The position numbers and the translations under genes are program-made. A stretch of 64,000 bases of DNA from a virus (Duplodnaviria; Caudoviricetes), in IMG/VR virus record IMGVR_UViG_2786546892_000017. The stretch is one strand, 5' to 3'. This document shows, in pieces, positions 37,937 to 47,881 of the stretch. Positions within the stretch are counted from its first letter, which is position 1. Each line of letters begins with the position of its first letter. The notes below the pieces were generated by a model that did no database searches, was not told the DNA's origin, and was given only the letters and a program-made list of their open reading frames with translations.

Positions 37937-40444
37937 TTATGCCTTCCCCCATTTCCCCAGCGGGCAGGCTTCCTGCGGATACCACACCTTTCCCGGCTGG
38001 TCCTCCTTTTGCCCGGGTGCGAACCCCGCCGGCTTCACGTCGAGCGGACACCCGCACTGTGAGCAGCGGTCGTCCTTCCCGCGGGCCGGGCAGATGAGAC
38101 ACAGCGAGTACCGCTCCTTCGCCTTATCCTCGCTGACGAAATGAGAGCCGCCCAACCAGTGCCGCACCTTTGCGGCCCCGAAGTTCGCGATCTGCCGGGC
38201 GACGTTTGGAAGGTCCGGCTTGTCCTCGGGCCGACACCCGAGAACCATCAGCCCGTGATTGTTCTCGTACGATTCGAGGACCGTCCACTCCCGATGACTT
38301 TCCATGAACTTCGCGAGACCGGCCACGACACCAGGACCGCCGTCGTCCCCCTTGACGCCGAACGTGTTGGCGTCCGTACAGTGGACGACGATGTACCGGG
38401 AGACCGCGCCGGCCAGTCGGTCAAGGGTCTGGTGGACGGCCGATGCCGTGTGGTGGGTGTCGAGGAACAGGAGGTCGGTCGGCTCAATCTTTGCCCGGTC
38501 GAGATTCGTCACGTCGACCGTCAGCCCCCGGAATCCCGCCTCCCCGCGTTCGGCTGTGGCACTCTGCCAGTCGGGCTTGACCGCCGTGAAGTAGCTGCAA
38601 AACCGCTTGGCCTTGCTCGCTGCGAGAGCCGCGAACGCAGGGGGCTTGAACCACGCCGATACCTCCGTCACGTGGTCGCACTTGTCGGCCAGTGCCTTCA
38701 GCCGCTCTACATGCTCGTGGAAGTCGCTCGGAGTCGCCTTTGCCACAGCGTACAGGTCCACCAGCGGGGGTGCCTTCGACGTCTGCCCGCACGGGACACA
38801 CCCAGCGGCAGGCTCTGTCGCTTTCGGCTTCACTACCTCGGCCGGGAACCAGTTCGGCGCCGGCCCCCAGAACTTGTGATCCGTGATCGGTCGGCCGCTC
38901 AGTTGCCCGCTCTTGGCCTCGTAGCAGACGGCCGCGTGCCCTGTGAACACCCCGGGGGTGTTGACGTGGATGGATGGGGGGCAATTGGGATCAACGGTCA
39001 GGCGGACCCACTTCGAGCGGTCACCGTCGTGGTCCGGTTCGAGGATGACGGACCGGCCGCCCTCCCCCTCCTTGGCCGCCCGCTCCAGGTTCCGGAGGGC
39101 AACGCCGGTCCGCATCGTCAGTTGGTGCAACGGCTCGTGACGCTCCTTGACCGCGAGCCAACCGGTTTCGTTGAGTCCTTCGTAGTTCAGGTTGCTGATG
39201 ACCGGAGATTCAGGGTTCCTCGCGAGGGCATCCCCGATCCGGTCGAAGTACCCAGGCGGGTAAAGGACATCGTGTTCGAGGAAGACAATGGCGTCGAACT
39301 CAATCGGCCCCTGAACAAGAATGGCCTGTTTGATCTGCTTGACGATGGTAGCGTGGGAGCGGGTTCGATCCTTCACATCCAAGGTCGTGTTGATAAACGG
39401 GTTGCCGGGAATTACCCCCCAATCGCACGTTGAAACAAAAACCTCGTGCCGCCCCCGCTCGTTGGACTCATCGGCCGCCCGCTTGATCGTCGCGAGGGAC
39501 CGCTGAAGCAACGCGACCGGCTTCGTGTTGTCCGAGTACCAGACCCCCAGAAGCCGTTGCTTCTTGATTGGCAACGCCCGTTGGCCGAACGGCTGGATCT
39601 TCTCGGCCTGAACTGCAACTTGCTCGAACTGCAGCCGCGGGAACGCCGAATGATTGCCTGCTAGCAGCGACGGTGAGCCGCTGTTGACGTGCGCCGTCCA
39701 AACCTGCTCCGTCGCCTCGATCCCCAATTCCCGGTGCCCGATCAGGAGGTTCCTGACGGAAACCTGGTGGTGGAACGGGTAGGTCGGTAGGTCGCCGTTG
39801 GCATTGGCCCGGAAGCGGTGCCGCCACTTCAGGCCGGGCAAGCAAAGAGCCTTACCGCCCTTCCGCCGAAAGACTTCATGGATATACCCTTCCTCCATTC
39901 CGAATTGCTGGAAGAGGGGATTGAACCCGGGCCACGCCTCGCACCGGGCCATGAAACAGCCCAGACCCATCGAGTGGATTTCAAACGGCTCGTTCCCGGC
40001 TGCCCGCGGGTCGAGTTTCCAGACCCCCCAATACCCGGGAGGGTGGGTCGGTTCGAGATGCGAGGCCATGAGCCGGCCGTCGTCCGACACGAGAGGGCCG
40101 CTGACAATGTCCCGGCTGTCGGGGTTGACACGCGCGTAATCGATTGCCGCCTGAACTGCCCCGCCGCACAACGGCACATGGTCGTCCACGCACATCAGCC
40201 ACGGCGTCTGCGCGCACTCGAACAATGCCGACCGCGGGGCACTCGTCCCCGTCAGGTCCGGCCGATGAATGTATCGGCCCCCGACCGCCAGGGTCACCGC
40301 CCGGGTCTGCGGGCAGGCACGCGGGGCGTTGTCGAGGACGATGATCGGCGTTCGCGGGTGAAACTCGTGCAGGACTTGCAGGGTCATGTAGACCCCCTTA
40401 AAGTCCTGATACGTCGCCATGCCGATCGTTAACGGTTCGCTCAT
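37937..40444 (-). CDS. Multidomain glycosyltransferase (two GT-A-like domains, SAM methyltransferase-like domain, Cys-rich tail)
   Basis: LTIGMATY..VLDN..MCVDDH; FLEHDVLY; TDLLFLDTHH; C..C..CSQCGC..CPLGKW. Confidence 0.8.
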   Translation of the reverse strand: MSEPLTIGMATYQDFKGVYMTLQVLHEFHPRTPIIVLDNAPRACPQTRAVTLAVGGRYIHRPDLTGTSAPRSALFECAQTPWLMCVDDHVPLCGGAVQAAIDYARVNPDSRDIVSGPLVSDDGRLMASHLEPTHPPGYWGVWKLDPRAAGNEPFEIHSMGLGCFMARCEAWPGFNPLFQQFGMEEGYIHEVFRRKGGKALCLPGLKWRHRFRANANGDLPTYPFHHQVSVRNLLIGHRELGIEATEQVWTAHVNSGSPSLLAGNHSAFPRLQFEQVAVQAEKIQPFGQRALPIKKQRLLGVWYSDNTKPVALLQRSLATIKRAADESNERGRHEVFVSTCDWGVIPGNPFINTTLDVKDRTRSHATIVKQIKQAILVQGPIEFDAIVFLEHDVLYPPGYFDRIGDALARNPESPVISNLNYEGLNETGWLAVKERHEPLHQLTMRTGVALRNLERAAKEGEGGRSVILEPDHDGDRSKWVRLTVDPNCPPSIHVNTPGVFTGHAAVCYEAKSGQLSGRPITDHKFWGPAPNWFPAEVVKPKATEPAAGCVPCGQTSKAPPLVDLYAVAKATPSDFHEHVERLKALADKCDHVTEVSAWFKPPAFAALAASKAKRFCSYFTAVKPDWQSATAERGEAGFRGLTVDVTNLDRAKIEPTDLLFLDTHHTASAVHQTLDRLAGAVSRYIVVHCTDANTFGVKGDDGGPGVVAGLAKFMESHREWTVLESYENNHGLMVLGCRPEDKPDLPNVARQIANFGAAKVRHWLGGSHFVSEDKAKERYSLCLICPARGKDDRCSQCGCPLDVKPAGFAPGQKEDQPGKVWYPQEACPLGKWGKA

Positions 40445-40454
40445 ATATGATTTC

Positions 40455-42458
40455 CTAGCTGCATCCGGTCATCATTTGGCACGCGGTCCGCGTGGGGTAT
40501 ATGCCACCACCCACCGGCTGACAGACCCCCAACACGCAATTCCAGCCGATGCCACCGCTACTCGTGCTGCTCGTTGTTCCGTCCGCGCAGACTGCCTGGC
40601 AATCGAGGCTCGTCGCGTAGGGGCCGCCACCGGGGGTAGCCCCGGTAGGGCACAAACCGCCGACGAGGGTGGCGCAGAAGTCCGGGGACGGGCAGCAGTA
40701 ATACCCCGTCCCCGTGCTGGTACTGGTCGTCGTGGTCGTCGTCGTTGAAGTCGTGGTGCTGGTCGTCGTGCTGGTGGTCGTCGCGGGGGCAGTGCTGGTG
40801 CTGGATGTCGTGCTGGTGGTACTCGTCGTCGTACCGGGCAAGCACGGGGACGCGACGCACAGCGCTACGGTGGAGTAAGTCATCCCGGTGTTGATGTCGA
40901 TTGCGCCCGGGTAGTACATGTAGAGATCGGCCAAGCTGATGTGGCACTCGGCAAACGGACCCGAAACGGCCGACCCGTTGTACAGATAAAACGTGTAGCA
41001 TGTGTACGGCGGTGACGTACTGGTACTCGTCGTCGTGCTGGTCGTCGTCCCGGGCGGCGTACTGGTCGACGGATTCACGCACGGTGTAATAGCCCAGTCG
41101 CACGGGCCGGTAGGAGATCGATCCGGGACGCCGCAGACGCAAACGATGCCGGCGCCACTGCACGTTCCACTCACCACGCCATCGCACGTCGTTACCGGCA
41201 CGGGCAGGCACGAGCCGCTTATCTGGGCCCACCCGCCCAGCCCGTTGGGGCCCATAACACAAGTGCCACAGCAGATACACGGAGCGGGCGGTGGCGGCGG
41301 AACAGGTGTACTCGTACTGATAGGGCCGCAATACGGAGGGGTGTACGATCCGCCGGAGATGCAAGCCGTCGTCACCGCGGTAACGCACCCACCGGGCGAC
41401 ACCGGAGGCGGGCACGGCGGCCACGGGCAATCGCACCCTGTCCCGCACGCGAGTGTCTTTAGGTACTCCCCTGAACCGTTGTCCGTGAAAAGGCAGTAGT
41501 TTGGATTGCACCCGGGCGTACTGGTGCTGGTTGTGGTGGTGGTGGTGGTGTACGGCGGGGCCTGAAACTCCCAATAATACGGCTCGTCCGGCGCCGCAAT
41601 GACCAACGTCGGCGACACGTACCCCGCCCCGCCGGCCCCCAATACCAGAGTGGCCACCTTGCCACCCGCCACGGTTGCGGTGATCACCGCACCGGCACCG
41701 GCTGGGTCCGACACCGTCACCTGCGGGGAGACCGTGTAGCCACCAGTCCCGGGGTCGGTCAGCGTGACGGTCGAAATGCTCCCGCCGGAATTCGCGACCG
41801 TGCCTTGGGCCGTCGTCTGCCGATTCGTCGGGCTGGCCCAGAACCGCGCGTTAACCTTGCCGTGGGTGTCGATTACGGGGATCAGACCTGTCACCGGATC
41901 AGGCACGGGAACAGCGTTCCAGACCTGGACCGGATCGGATGTGTCCTGCCAGGTCGGGGCAGTGGCGGCCGTCACTAATTCTTGCGGCTGCCAACTATAA
42001 AGGAACCCACCGGAAGACGACGTGGAGCCCGTCACCCGCCCCCACATGCTGGCTTGCAGGATACTGAATTCCCACATGCCCGATTGCGTCGGCGACTTCC
42101 AGAACCACCCGTATAAGTTGCCCGGTTTGTCGTCAGTGAGCGTGTCGGTCGGGAACGGATCGCCCTGTACGGGGAACGACGAGTTGACCACCTCGTCCTG
42201 CGAATCGTCATCAATGAACGTGCCGTCCGCCTGCATCACCTGCGGCTGGTAGCTGTACACCTTCTGGGCTCCGGGGCCCGCCGCCTTCCCCGTCAATCTC
42301 CCCCACTGCCCATCGAGCATGTTGGGCAGCTGGATCGACCTCGCCCCGTTCGGACCTGGCACCTCCGAGAACGGCGCGGGGAACCGCAACCCCTCGACGG
42401 CCCGGAGGCGACGGTCGAGGGCGTCCAGGCGGGCACGGTCGGCTGCTGAGTCTGCCAT
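40455..42458 (-). CDS. Cys-rich, Thr/Ser-tract virion (tail-tip) protein
   Basis: Poly-Thr tracts, many Cys, GGYTVSPQVTV structural repeat; motif-2 promoter. Confidence 0.7.
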   Translation of the reverse strand: MADSAADRARLDALDRRLRAVEGLRFPAPFSEVPGPNGARSIQLPNMLDGQWGRLTGKAAGPGAQKVYSYQPQVMQADGTFIDDDSQDEVVNSSFPVQGDPFPTDTLTDDKPGNLYGWFWKSPTQSGMWEFSILQASMWGRVTGSTSSSGGFLYSWQPQELVTAATAPTWQDTSDPVQVWNAVPVPDPVTGLIPVIDTHGKVNARFWASPTNRQTTAQGTVANSGGSISTVTLTDPGTGGYTVSPQVTVSDPAGAGAVITATVAGGKVATLVLGAGGAGYVSPTLVIAAPDEPYYWEFQAPPYTTTTTTTSTSTPGCNPNYCLFTDNGSGEYLKTLACGTGCDCPWPPCPPPVSPGGCVTAVTTACISGGSYTPPYCGPISTSTPVPPPPPAPCICCGTCVMGPNGLGGWAQISGSCLPVPVTTCDGVVSGTCSGAGIVCVCGVPDRSPTGPCDWAITPCVNPSTSTPPGTTTSTTTSTSTSPPYTCYTFYLYNGSAVSGPFAECHISLADLYMYYPGAIDINTGMTYSTVALCVASPCLPGTTTSTTSTTSSTSTAPATTTSTTTSTTTSTTTTTTTSTSTGTGYYCCPSPDFCATLVGGLCPTGATPGGGPYATSLDCQAVCADGTTSSTSSGGIGWNCVLGVCQPVGGGIYPTRTACQMMTGCS

Positions 42459-42463
42459 AGGGG

Positions 42464-42550
42464 GAATGTGGGGTCCGCGGGGGAACACTGTGAGCATCCT
42501 AACGAGGTCCGTTGCCTGAGTGAGATAGTGCCCACGAACCGGCCACATTC
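42464..42550. promoter_or_regulatory. Divergent triple promoter: motif-2 (-) 42464-42488, motif-1 (-) 42496-42521, motif-2 (+) 42526-42550
   Basis: All three motifs readable with conserved spacing. Confidence 0.75.
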
Positions 42551-42556
42551 GGGGGC

Positions 42557-43780
42557 ATGGCAGAACTGGAAAGCGAAGAAATCGGCGGCGACGACCTGTT
42601 CCCCGGCGTGCCCAGCTCGGGCTCCCCGGCGTCGTACATTTTGCCCGAGCCCGACCCCGCCGATAATTTCGACGCGGATACCAATTGGTCCGAGCAAGTC
42701 ACCGGCAACGAGGCCCCGGGCGGCGGGTCGTCTTTTAGTCGCGACGAGGGGAATGCGGGGTTGTACGGCTATGTACCGTACAACATGGTTCGGACCGCCG
42801 TAAGAGACATGGTCGGGTACTGTTGGGCCGACCAAGGGCCGCCTTGGCAACTCCACCGCGTCAACCCGTGGCAACACCCGGACTTCCCGTGGATGCGGTG
42901 CCAAAGTGTTCACGTGCAACCAGTTAACCCGTGTGGAGGTCCGAGTCAGGCGGACCCGACAACCAACGTGATCTGGACCAATTCGGCGGCCACGACGGCG
43001 CCTCAGTGGTCGAGCGCAGCGACGGCGGCCGTGCGCCCGAAGCGGCAGATCAACTACACGCGGGCCGCGTGTACCCTGAGCTTCAAGCCGTTCCCGTACG
43101 TCTTCTTGGAAGACGCGGATATGCAGGCGTATGGGTTGAAGGAGTATTATCGTAACTGTGATAGATTTTCTAGTATAGACCCGGCCCTCACGACGTTGAT
43201 GGCCTCGGCTACTCCGTTCATGACTTTTTTGGAGGGTCTGGACAACTCCACACCCGGCAAGCCGCTGACCAGTTTTACGCCGCCGCAGATGTTTCAAGGT
43301 GATTTGTACGAGCTGCTATGTCAAACGGATCTGGTCTTGGCATGGTACGGGGTGCCGTTGGATTTTGTCTGCGACCCCTACCTTCCGAGCAAAATCCTTG
43401 CATGTGTAGGCACGGTTAACATTAATGATCAGTGGCTGAACGTGTTTCCCAAAGGCACGTTGTTGCTGAATGCCCCACACATTAGAAAATCAATACAGAA
43501 CGTCTGGACAACACCGAACACGATTGGCTTCACAGTCGACGTGTTTTTCCCGTTCAAATTTTTCAATCCAACAGCTGGCGTTATGCTGGACTACCAGGAC
43601 GGACGAACCTCATCCCTGACTCAACCGGTTTTTAACGGGCACAATTTGTTCCCGCTCGGGACGACTGGCAGATACTATTCGGCCGCCAGAAAGAACAAGA
43701 ATACCCAGCAGGGAGATCCGACAAAGCCACTGATTTCATTCAGCGATTTCGACACGATGTTCGCACATGTGAAATCGTAG
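42557..43780 (+). CDS. Putative minor tail protein on the opposite strand
   Basis: 407-aa ORF between tape measure and tail tip; motif-2 promoter; VGTVN..FPKGTLL pattern. Confidence 0.6.
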   Translation: MAELESEEIGGDDLFPGVPSSGSPASYILPEPDPADNFDADTNWSEQVTGNEAPGGGSSFSRDEGNAGLYGYVPYNMVRTAVRDMVGYCWADQGPPWQLHRVNPWQHPDFPWMRCQSVHVQPVNPCGGPSQADPTTNVIWTNSAATTAPQWSSAATAAVRPKRQINYTRAACTLSFKPFPYVFLEDADMQAYGLKEYYRNCDRFSSIDPALTTLMASATPFMTFLEGLDNSTPGKPLTSFTPPQMFQGDLYELLCQTDLVLAWYGVPLDFVCDPYLPSKILACVGTVNINDQWLNVFPKGTLLLNAPHIRKSIQNVWTTPNTIGFTVDVFFPFKFFNPTAGVMLDYQDGRTSSLTQPVFNGHNLFPLGTTGRYYSAARKNKNTQQGDPTKPLISFSDFDTMFAHVKS

Positions 43781-43785
43781 CCACT

Positions 43786-43912
43786 ACTCAGGCAACGCCA
43801 CCCGCTACAATTCCCTTGACGACCAGCGCGGAGTAGCTACCGCGCGTAAACCTTCCGGCCGGCACTGCGGGTTGCGTTCCCCTGTGGTGTCGGCCGGAGG
43901 GCGGGTCGTTAC
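43786..43912 (+). ncRNA. Motif-1 promoter plus structured leader RNA, copy A
   Basis: Inverted repeat of 49265-49391; three-stem fold with compensatory changes. Confidence 0.7.
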
Positions 43913-43925
43913 GAGGGAACGCACG

Positions 43926-44177
43926 ATGAGTGGAGATACTCCTGGCACCGAGACCGATGTCACGTGCCCGCAATGCGACAAGCAATTCATCTGGGTTGTC
44001 CCGTCCCCACCGCCGGTCCCAGAATCCGGACCGTGGCAGTTGCGAAAATCGGGCGACGTGTGGGTCGTCTGCCCAAAATGTAAATACACCTTCCCAGGCA
44101 ACCTGCCTTTAGAAATCAACAAGGGGATCAAGTGGCCGCAACCGAAACTGACGGACAACCCGGGCGAGCAAAGTTGA
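43926..44177 (+). CDS. Zinc-ribbon protein
   Basis: CPQC..CPKC; GAGGG RBS. Confidence 0.7.
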   Translation: MSGDTPGTETDVTCPQCDKQFIWVVPSPPPVPESGPWQLRKSGDVWVVCPKCKYTFPGNLPLEINKGIKWPQPKLTDNPGEQS

Positions 44178-44647
44178 TCGCGCGATTACCCGGCCCGGCG
44201 GAAGCCGCATACCACGCCACGGCTATCAAGACCGTCGAGCAAACCGTCCCCACGCTGAACGATTTTTTGGGCAAGATGGTCACGCTCAACGCGGCCCTCC
44301 TCGGCGGCGGCTTCTTGGTGGCCAAAGGCGACGTGCTACCGATTTGGTGGGGTATCCTTGTGATGATCTCGCTTCTGATTTCGCTGAGCGTGGCACTCTG
44401 GGGGTTAATGCCAGAGCGGTCGAACGTAAACTTGGACGCGAGGGGCGGGTTGGAAGCCTACCGAGAATTTGATAACAAGTTGATCGCTAAGAAAGATTGC
44501 GCCATCCAAGGGAGCGCCGCCGCGATAATTGCAGCGTTCGCGATCGGGGTCGTGGGGCTGGCGGTCAAGGCTTGGCCGAGCGAGACAACCGCCACCCAGA
44601 CTACGGCCGAGCGAGTCAAAGCCGACGGCCACCCGACCGGGAAGTGA
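44174..44647 (+). CDS. 3-TM membrane protein, cassette A
   Basis: Three hydrophobic helices; ends ERVKADGHPTGK. Confidence 0.75.
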   Translation: MIARLPGPAEAAYHATAIKTVEQTVPTLNDFLGKMVTLNAALLGGGFLVAKGDVLPIWWGILVMISLLISLSVALWGLMPERSNVNLDARGGLEAYREFDNKLIAKKDCAIQGSAAAIIAAFAIGVVGLAVKAWPSETTATQTTAERVKADGHPTGK

Positions 44648-44655
44648 GGGTCGGG
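44608..44655 (+). repeat. 48-bp 3' cassette repeat with CCCGACC/GGTCGGG hairpin around the stop codon
   Basis: Inverted copy at 48398-48445 (4 mismatches). Confidence 0.85.
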
Positions 44656-44674
44656 CGGCAGAGGCGACCAATTA

Positions 44675-44896
44675 TCAGATAGACCCCGCACCTATCCCCC
44701 GCTGAAACCCTTGGATCGACCGATGCCGGAAGGTCAAAGGCTCGATCTTCGCCCCGCCGTGCTTCGCCCACACGACCGGGGCGATCTCGGCGAGGGCCAA
44801 CGCCACCCCGATCCGGTCGTGGGCCGTAATCGTCTGCTCCATGAAGTCGGCCACCTTCTTCACCCGCTCGTCCAACGTCAGTTCGGGGTCGGGCAC
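44675..44896 (-). CDS. Hypothetical protein
   Basis: Downstream of motif-1 promoter 45013-45038. Confidence 0.55.
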   Translation of the reverse strand: MPDPELTLDERVKKVADFMEQTITAHDRIGVALALAEIAPVVWAKHGGAKIEPLTFRHRSIQGFQRGIGAGSI

Positions 44897-45041
44897 CGCG
44901 GGCAGGTGCCCCGAGTGGCCCTTGGCGCACGGCTGCTGGGGGAGTTAGCATTCGGGGACGAAATTCGTCGTCATGTGTTGCGGCCTCGCGGAATGGGTGT
45001 GGGTACGCGGGCATTGTAACGTGGGGCGTTGCCTGACTCAG

Positions 45042-45368
45042 CTACCACGCCGGCCATCTACCCCAAATCTCGCGGCCGATCAGATATGTCGCACTCCCGG
45101 CGAGGAAGGCGTGCGGCCAATACCTCGCGGCCGATTCCAACTGGCTCATCCGCGGTTGTTCGTCAATTTCTCGGGGCTTGTAACACTGCTCCAGATCAGC
45201 AGCAAATCCGCCATGGCAAGTAGGGCATTCGACCAACGCGGGCGGGCTAACGCCATCGAGGTGGTAGGCTCTCACGACTAATTTCGCGCGGCACGCTGGG
45301 CAGTCGGCAAGAATCTCCACACCGGCTGCTGGGAAATGCTCGGGTCTGGCTGCCATACTCGCTTCCAT
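45042..45368 (-). CDS. Zinc-ribbon protein with C-terminal hydrophobic segment
   Basis: CPAC..CPTC; motif-1 promoter 45403-45428. Confidence 0.6.
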   Translation of the reverse strand: MEASMAARPEHFPAAGVEILADCPACRAKLVVRAYHLDGVSPPALVECPTCHGGFAADLEQCYKPREIDEQPRMSQLESAARYWPHAFLAGSATYLIGREIWGRWPAW

Positions 45369-45478
45369 CACGCTTTCCCTGACGATTCCGGCGCACGCCA
45401 ACATCCTACCACCCGCCGTTGCCTGAGTGGGACGACGCCGGCCCCCGGGAAACTGAAACACCCTCCGGGGGCGATTCG

Positions 45479-45715
45479 CTAGATGTCACCCGGGCCTTCA
45501 TATGGGCTCCAGGCCAACACCTTCGGTCGGTCCAATTTCACTTCTGTGGCCACGACGTGAACACAGAGGAATGTCCTCGTTCCCATGAGCGACAACGCCT
45601 CCTCCTCAGTGCGGGCAACCACGAAGACACGGGCCTCACCATCCCAACTGTCGGTCCCGCCTTCGTCACCGTCGGGGTCTTTCGAGCCGATGATGTAAAG
45701 ATTGTAGGTGCCCAT
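45479..45715 (-). CDS. Hypothetical phage protein
   Basis: VFVVARTEEEA motif. Confidence 0.6.
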   Translation of the reverse strand: MGTYNLYIIGSKDPDGDEGGTDSWDGEARVFVVARTEEEALSLMGTRTFLCVHVVATEVKLDRPKVLAWSPYEGPGDI

Positions 45716-45844
45716 GCGATGGGGTCTCCGTGGGTGTGGGGGTAGAAAAGAAGACAACCGTAGCGATCGCCGTTACGGTTGTGATTGCCTCACGGCCTTT
45801 TTACCGGTATCGGTAAAATGTAGATGCAACTGTATGTCCGCAGA

Positions 45845-46591
45845 CTAGTTCCGCATCCCGGCCAGATCCGAGAACAGGTTCCGTGCGGGTGGCGACTGCC
45901 GTTCGGCCGCGATCACTTCGTCCATGATGCGGTCAATGGCGTCGTCCAGACAGTTCACCTGCGGGCCGTCCCACACGAGCCACCCGCCGACCTTGTCGGG
46001 CACCTCGCCGAACCGCAGCAGCAGGAGGTGACTGGCGAGCCGCGAGATCTTCCCCCGCTGCTTCGTGGTGGTCGTCAGCCGCCGGTGGTGGCAACGCTCG
46101 GCCACGGTGAACCGAGTGATGGAGCGGACCGAACGGCTGTGGTCGATCGCCGCCATGACCTGCTTGACCGTTTCGATGACGATGAGGGCGATTTGCTGGG
46201 CGGTCATCCCGGACGGCGTCGGCTCCTGTTTCGGGCCGAAGAAGTGGGCGTGCAAGACGTCGGCACATTCGTTTTGATACAGCTCGATTTTCTTGACCAG
46301 TTCGGGCTTGTCCTTGGCTACGCGGTTCACGTCCAACGTCGCCAGCCACATGGCCACCCGCTCCCGGGGGATCATCACGGCTTCCTGCTCGTGCCCGCGG
46401 GCGTCTCGTATCAAGATCATCTTGATACGAGCCCACGGCTTCTTCTTCAGCCGCTCCTGTTGCCCCTGCGGTGAAATGCTGAACGACTCGCACACGCGGC
46501 GCACGGAGACGAAGATTTCCCCGTCATCCAGTTTCACGGCGTCGATCACGTCGTCGTGAAACTTCACCGGCACCAACTCATAACCAGCCAT
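45845..46591 (-). CDS. Phage antirepressor (P22 Ant N-terminal-like domain)
   Basis: VKFHDD..FVSVRRVCE..WLATLDVNRV..YQNECADVLHAHF; motif-1 promoter 46644-46669. Confidence 0.85.
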   Translation of the reverse strand: MAGYELVPVKFHDDVIDAVKLDDGEIFVSVRRVCESFSISPQGQQERLKKKPWARIKMILIRDARGHEQEAVMIPRERVAMWLATLDVNRVAKDKPELVKKIELYQNECADVLHAHFFGPKQEPTPSGMTAQQIALIVIETVKQVMAAIDHSRSVRSITRFTVAERCHHRRLTTTTKQRGKISRLASHLLLLRFGEVPDKVGGWLVWDGPQVNCLDDAIDRIMDEVIAAERQSPPARNLFSDLAGMRN

Positions 46592-46740
46592 GTTGCCGAT
46601 CCTCAGAAGGTAAGTAATCAAAACCTTCCCACACTCGCAATGCACTCTAGCTACCTGCGTTGCCTGAGTGCTCATCCGGCAGATCGCACCCGATAAACGA
46701 GAAGACCCCGCCGGGCACGCAGCCAAGCGGGGTCGCACTC

Positions 46741-47088
46741 TCACACCATCACCGACCGATACACCTGCGGCCCCTGCCTGCCGCTGCAGCCCAACCCGTC
46801 CGCCATTGTTCGGCGGTCCCGTTCGTGCCAAAGTTCCTCGCGGTTCGCCACTCGCCTCCGCAACTCCTCTACCCTCTCGGCCGATCCTGGATCTGCCTCG
46901 CACGCTCTGGCCGCGGGTTTCGTCTCCCGAATTTTGGCCCCGAAGGTGGTCGGCCGAGTCACGGACCCCGCAGGGTACATCGCACGTACATTCGGTTTCG
47001 CGTGGCATGGATGGCAAAGGCGCCGCGGTCGAGTGATCTTCCGTTTCTTGCAGTGCCGGCAGGGGTCAACGATGGGGGTTGTCACCAC
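46741..47088 (-). CDS. Zinc-finger protein, paralog of 21776..22024
   Basis: CRHC..TRPRRLC..PGSAER..LWHERD. Confidence 0.7.
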   Translation of the reverse strand: MVTTPIVDPCRHCKKRKITRPRRLCHPCHAKPNVRAMYPAGSVTRPTTFGAKIRETKPAARACEADPGSAERVEELRRRVANREELWHERDRRTMADGLGCSGRQGPQVYRSVMV

Positions 47089-47459
47089 GTCGCACCGGCC
47101 CTCTCGCCGATCTCTTCGGCCATGCGGTCCATCTCGTCAGCCGTCATCGGGTCCGAGTCGGGCATGTCGTCGAGTAGTCCGTCGATCTGCCGGGCCGTCC
47201 GCCACGCGACCACCGATCGACGGATGCGGGCTTCTAAAGCCATTGACAGACCATGCTCGCCGTACTGAAGGCTGGAAGCGGGGGCGGACAGGATTGATTC
47301 CCGAACTACCTGCTGGACTTCCGCGACATCCTCACCGATGGCAACCAGCATGCGGCCGAACCGCTCGACGAAATGCCCGGCGTACTTCAGAAAAGAATGT
47401 GCGCGTGCGGATTCCGACCGCGGATTGCCCCGCGGTAACAAATGCGATACACTTTCCAT
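47082..47459 (-). CDS. Hypothetical phage protein
   Basis: GGAG RBS; divergent from XRE repressor. Confidence 0.6.
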   Translation of the reverse strand: MESVSHLLPRGNPRSESARAHSFLKYAGHFVERFGRMLVAIGEDVAEVQQVVRESILSAPASSLQYGEHGLSMALEARIRRSVVAWRTARQIDGLLDDMPDSDPMTADEMDRMAEEIGERAGATW

Positions 47460-47613
47460 CGAACAACTCCGTGTAGAGCAGAGGGGTTCACCGGCTCTCG
47501 GGCGTGGACAAGACGCCCGAGAGCCTTGAGAACGATCCGTGTTGCACCACAGACCGTCCGGGAAAAGTGTAATTTATAAATTACACTGATTCAATCCCAG
47601 AAGGTCGATTCCC

Positions 47614-47847
47614 ATGATTTTTGTGGCCAAGAAAAAGAGCAGCGAGGCAACACCGTTCGGCCGCAGGCTTCGCGAAAAGCGTGTGGCGGCAGGACTTTCG
47701 CAGCTCGCATTGGCTGAAAAGATAGGGATGTTGCGGCCCGTGATCGCCAAGTTGGAAACGTCTCCGGACGCCAATCCAACCCTGGACACAATTAAGTCAC
47801 TGGCCGCCGCACTTGATGTGAATCCCGCGGATTTGATCGCGGACTGA
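47614..47847 (+). CDS. XRE-family repressor
   Basis: FGRRLREKRVAAGLSQLALAEKIG..NPTLDTI. Confidence 0.9.
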   Translation: MIFVAKKKSSEATPFGRRLREKRVAAGLSQLALAEKIGMLRPVIAKLETSPDANPTLDTIKSLAAALDVNPADLIAD

Positions 47848-47881
47848 TTCTCTCGGGCGGCCCACTCAGGGGACCGCCACC

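Noticed and set aside
40720-40830. GTC/GTG-rich low-complexity repeats as a DNA-level repeat element
   Set aside because: Explained by poly-Thr coding with varied codons
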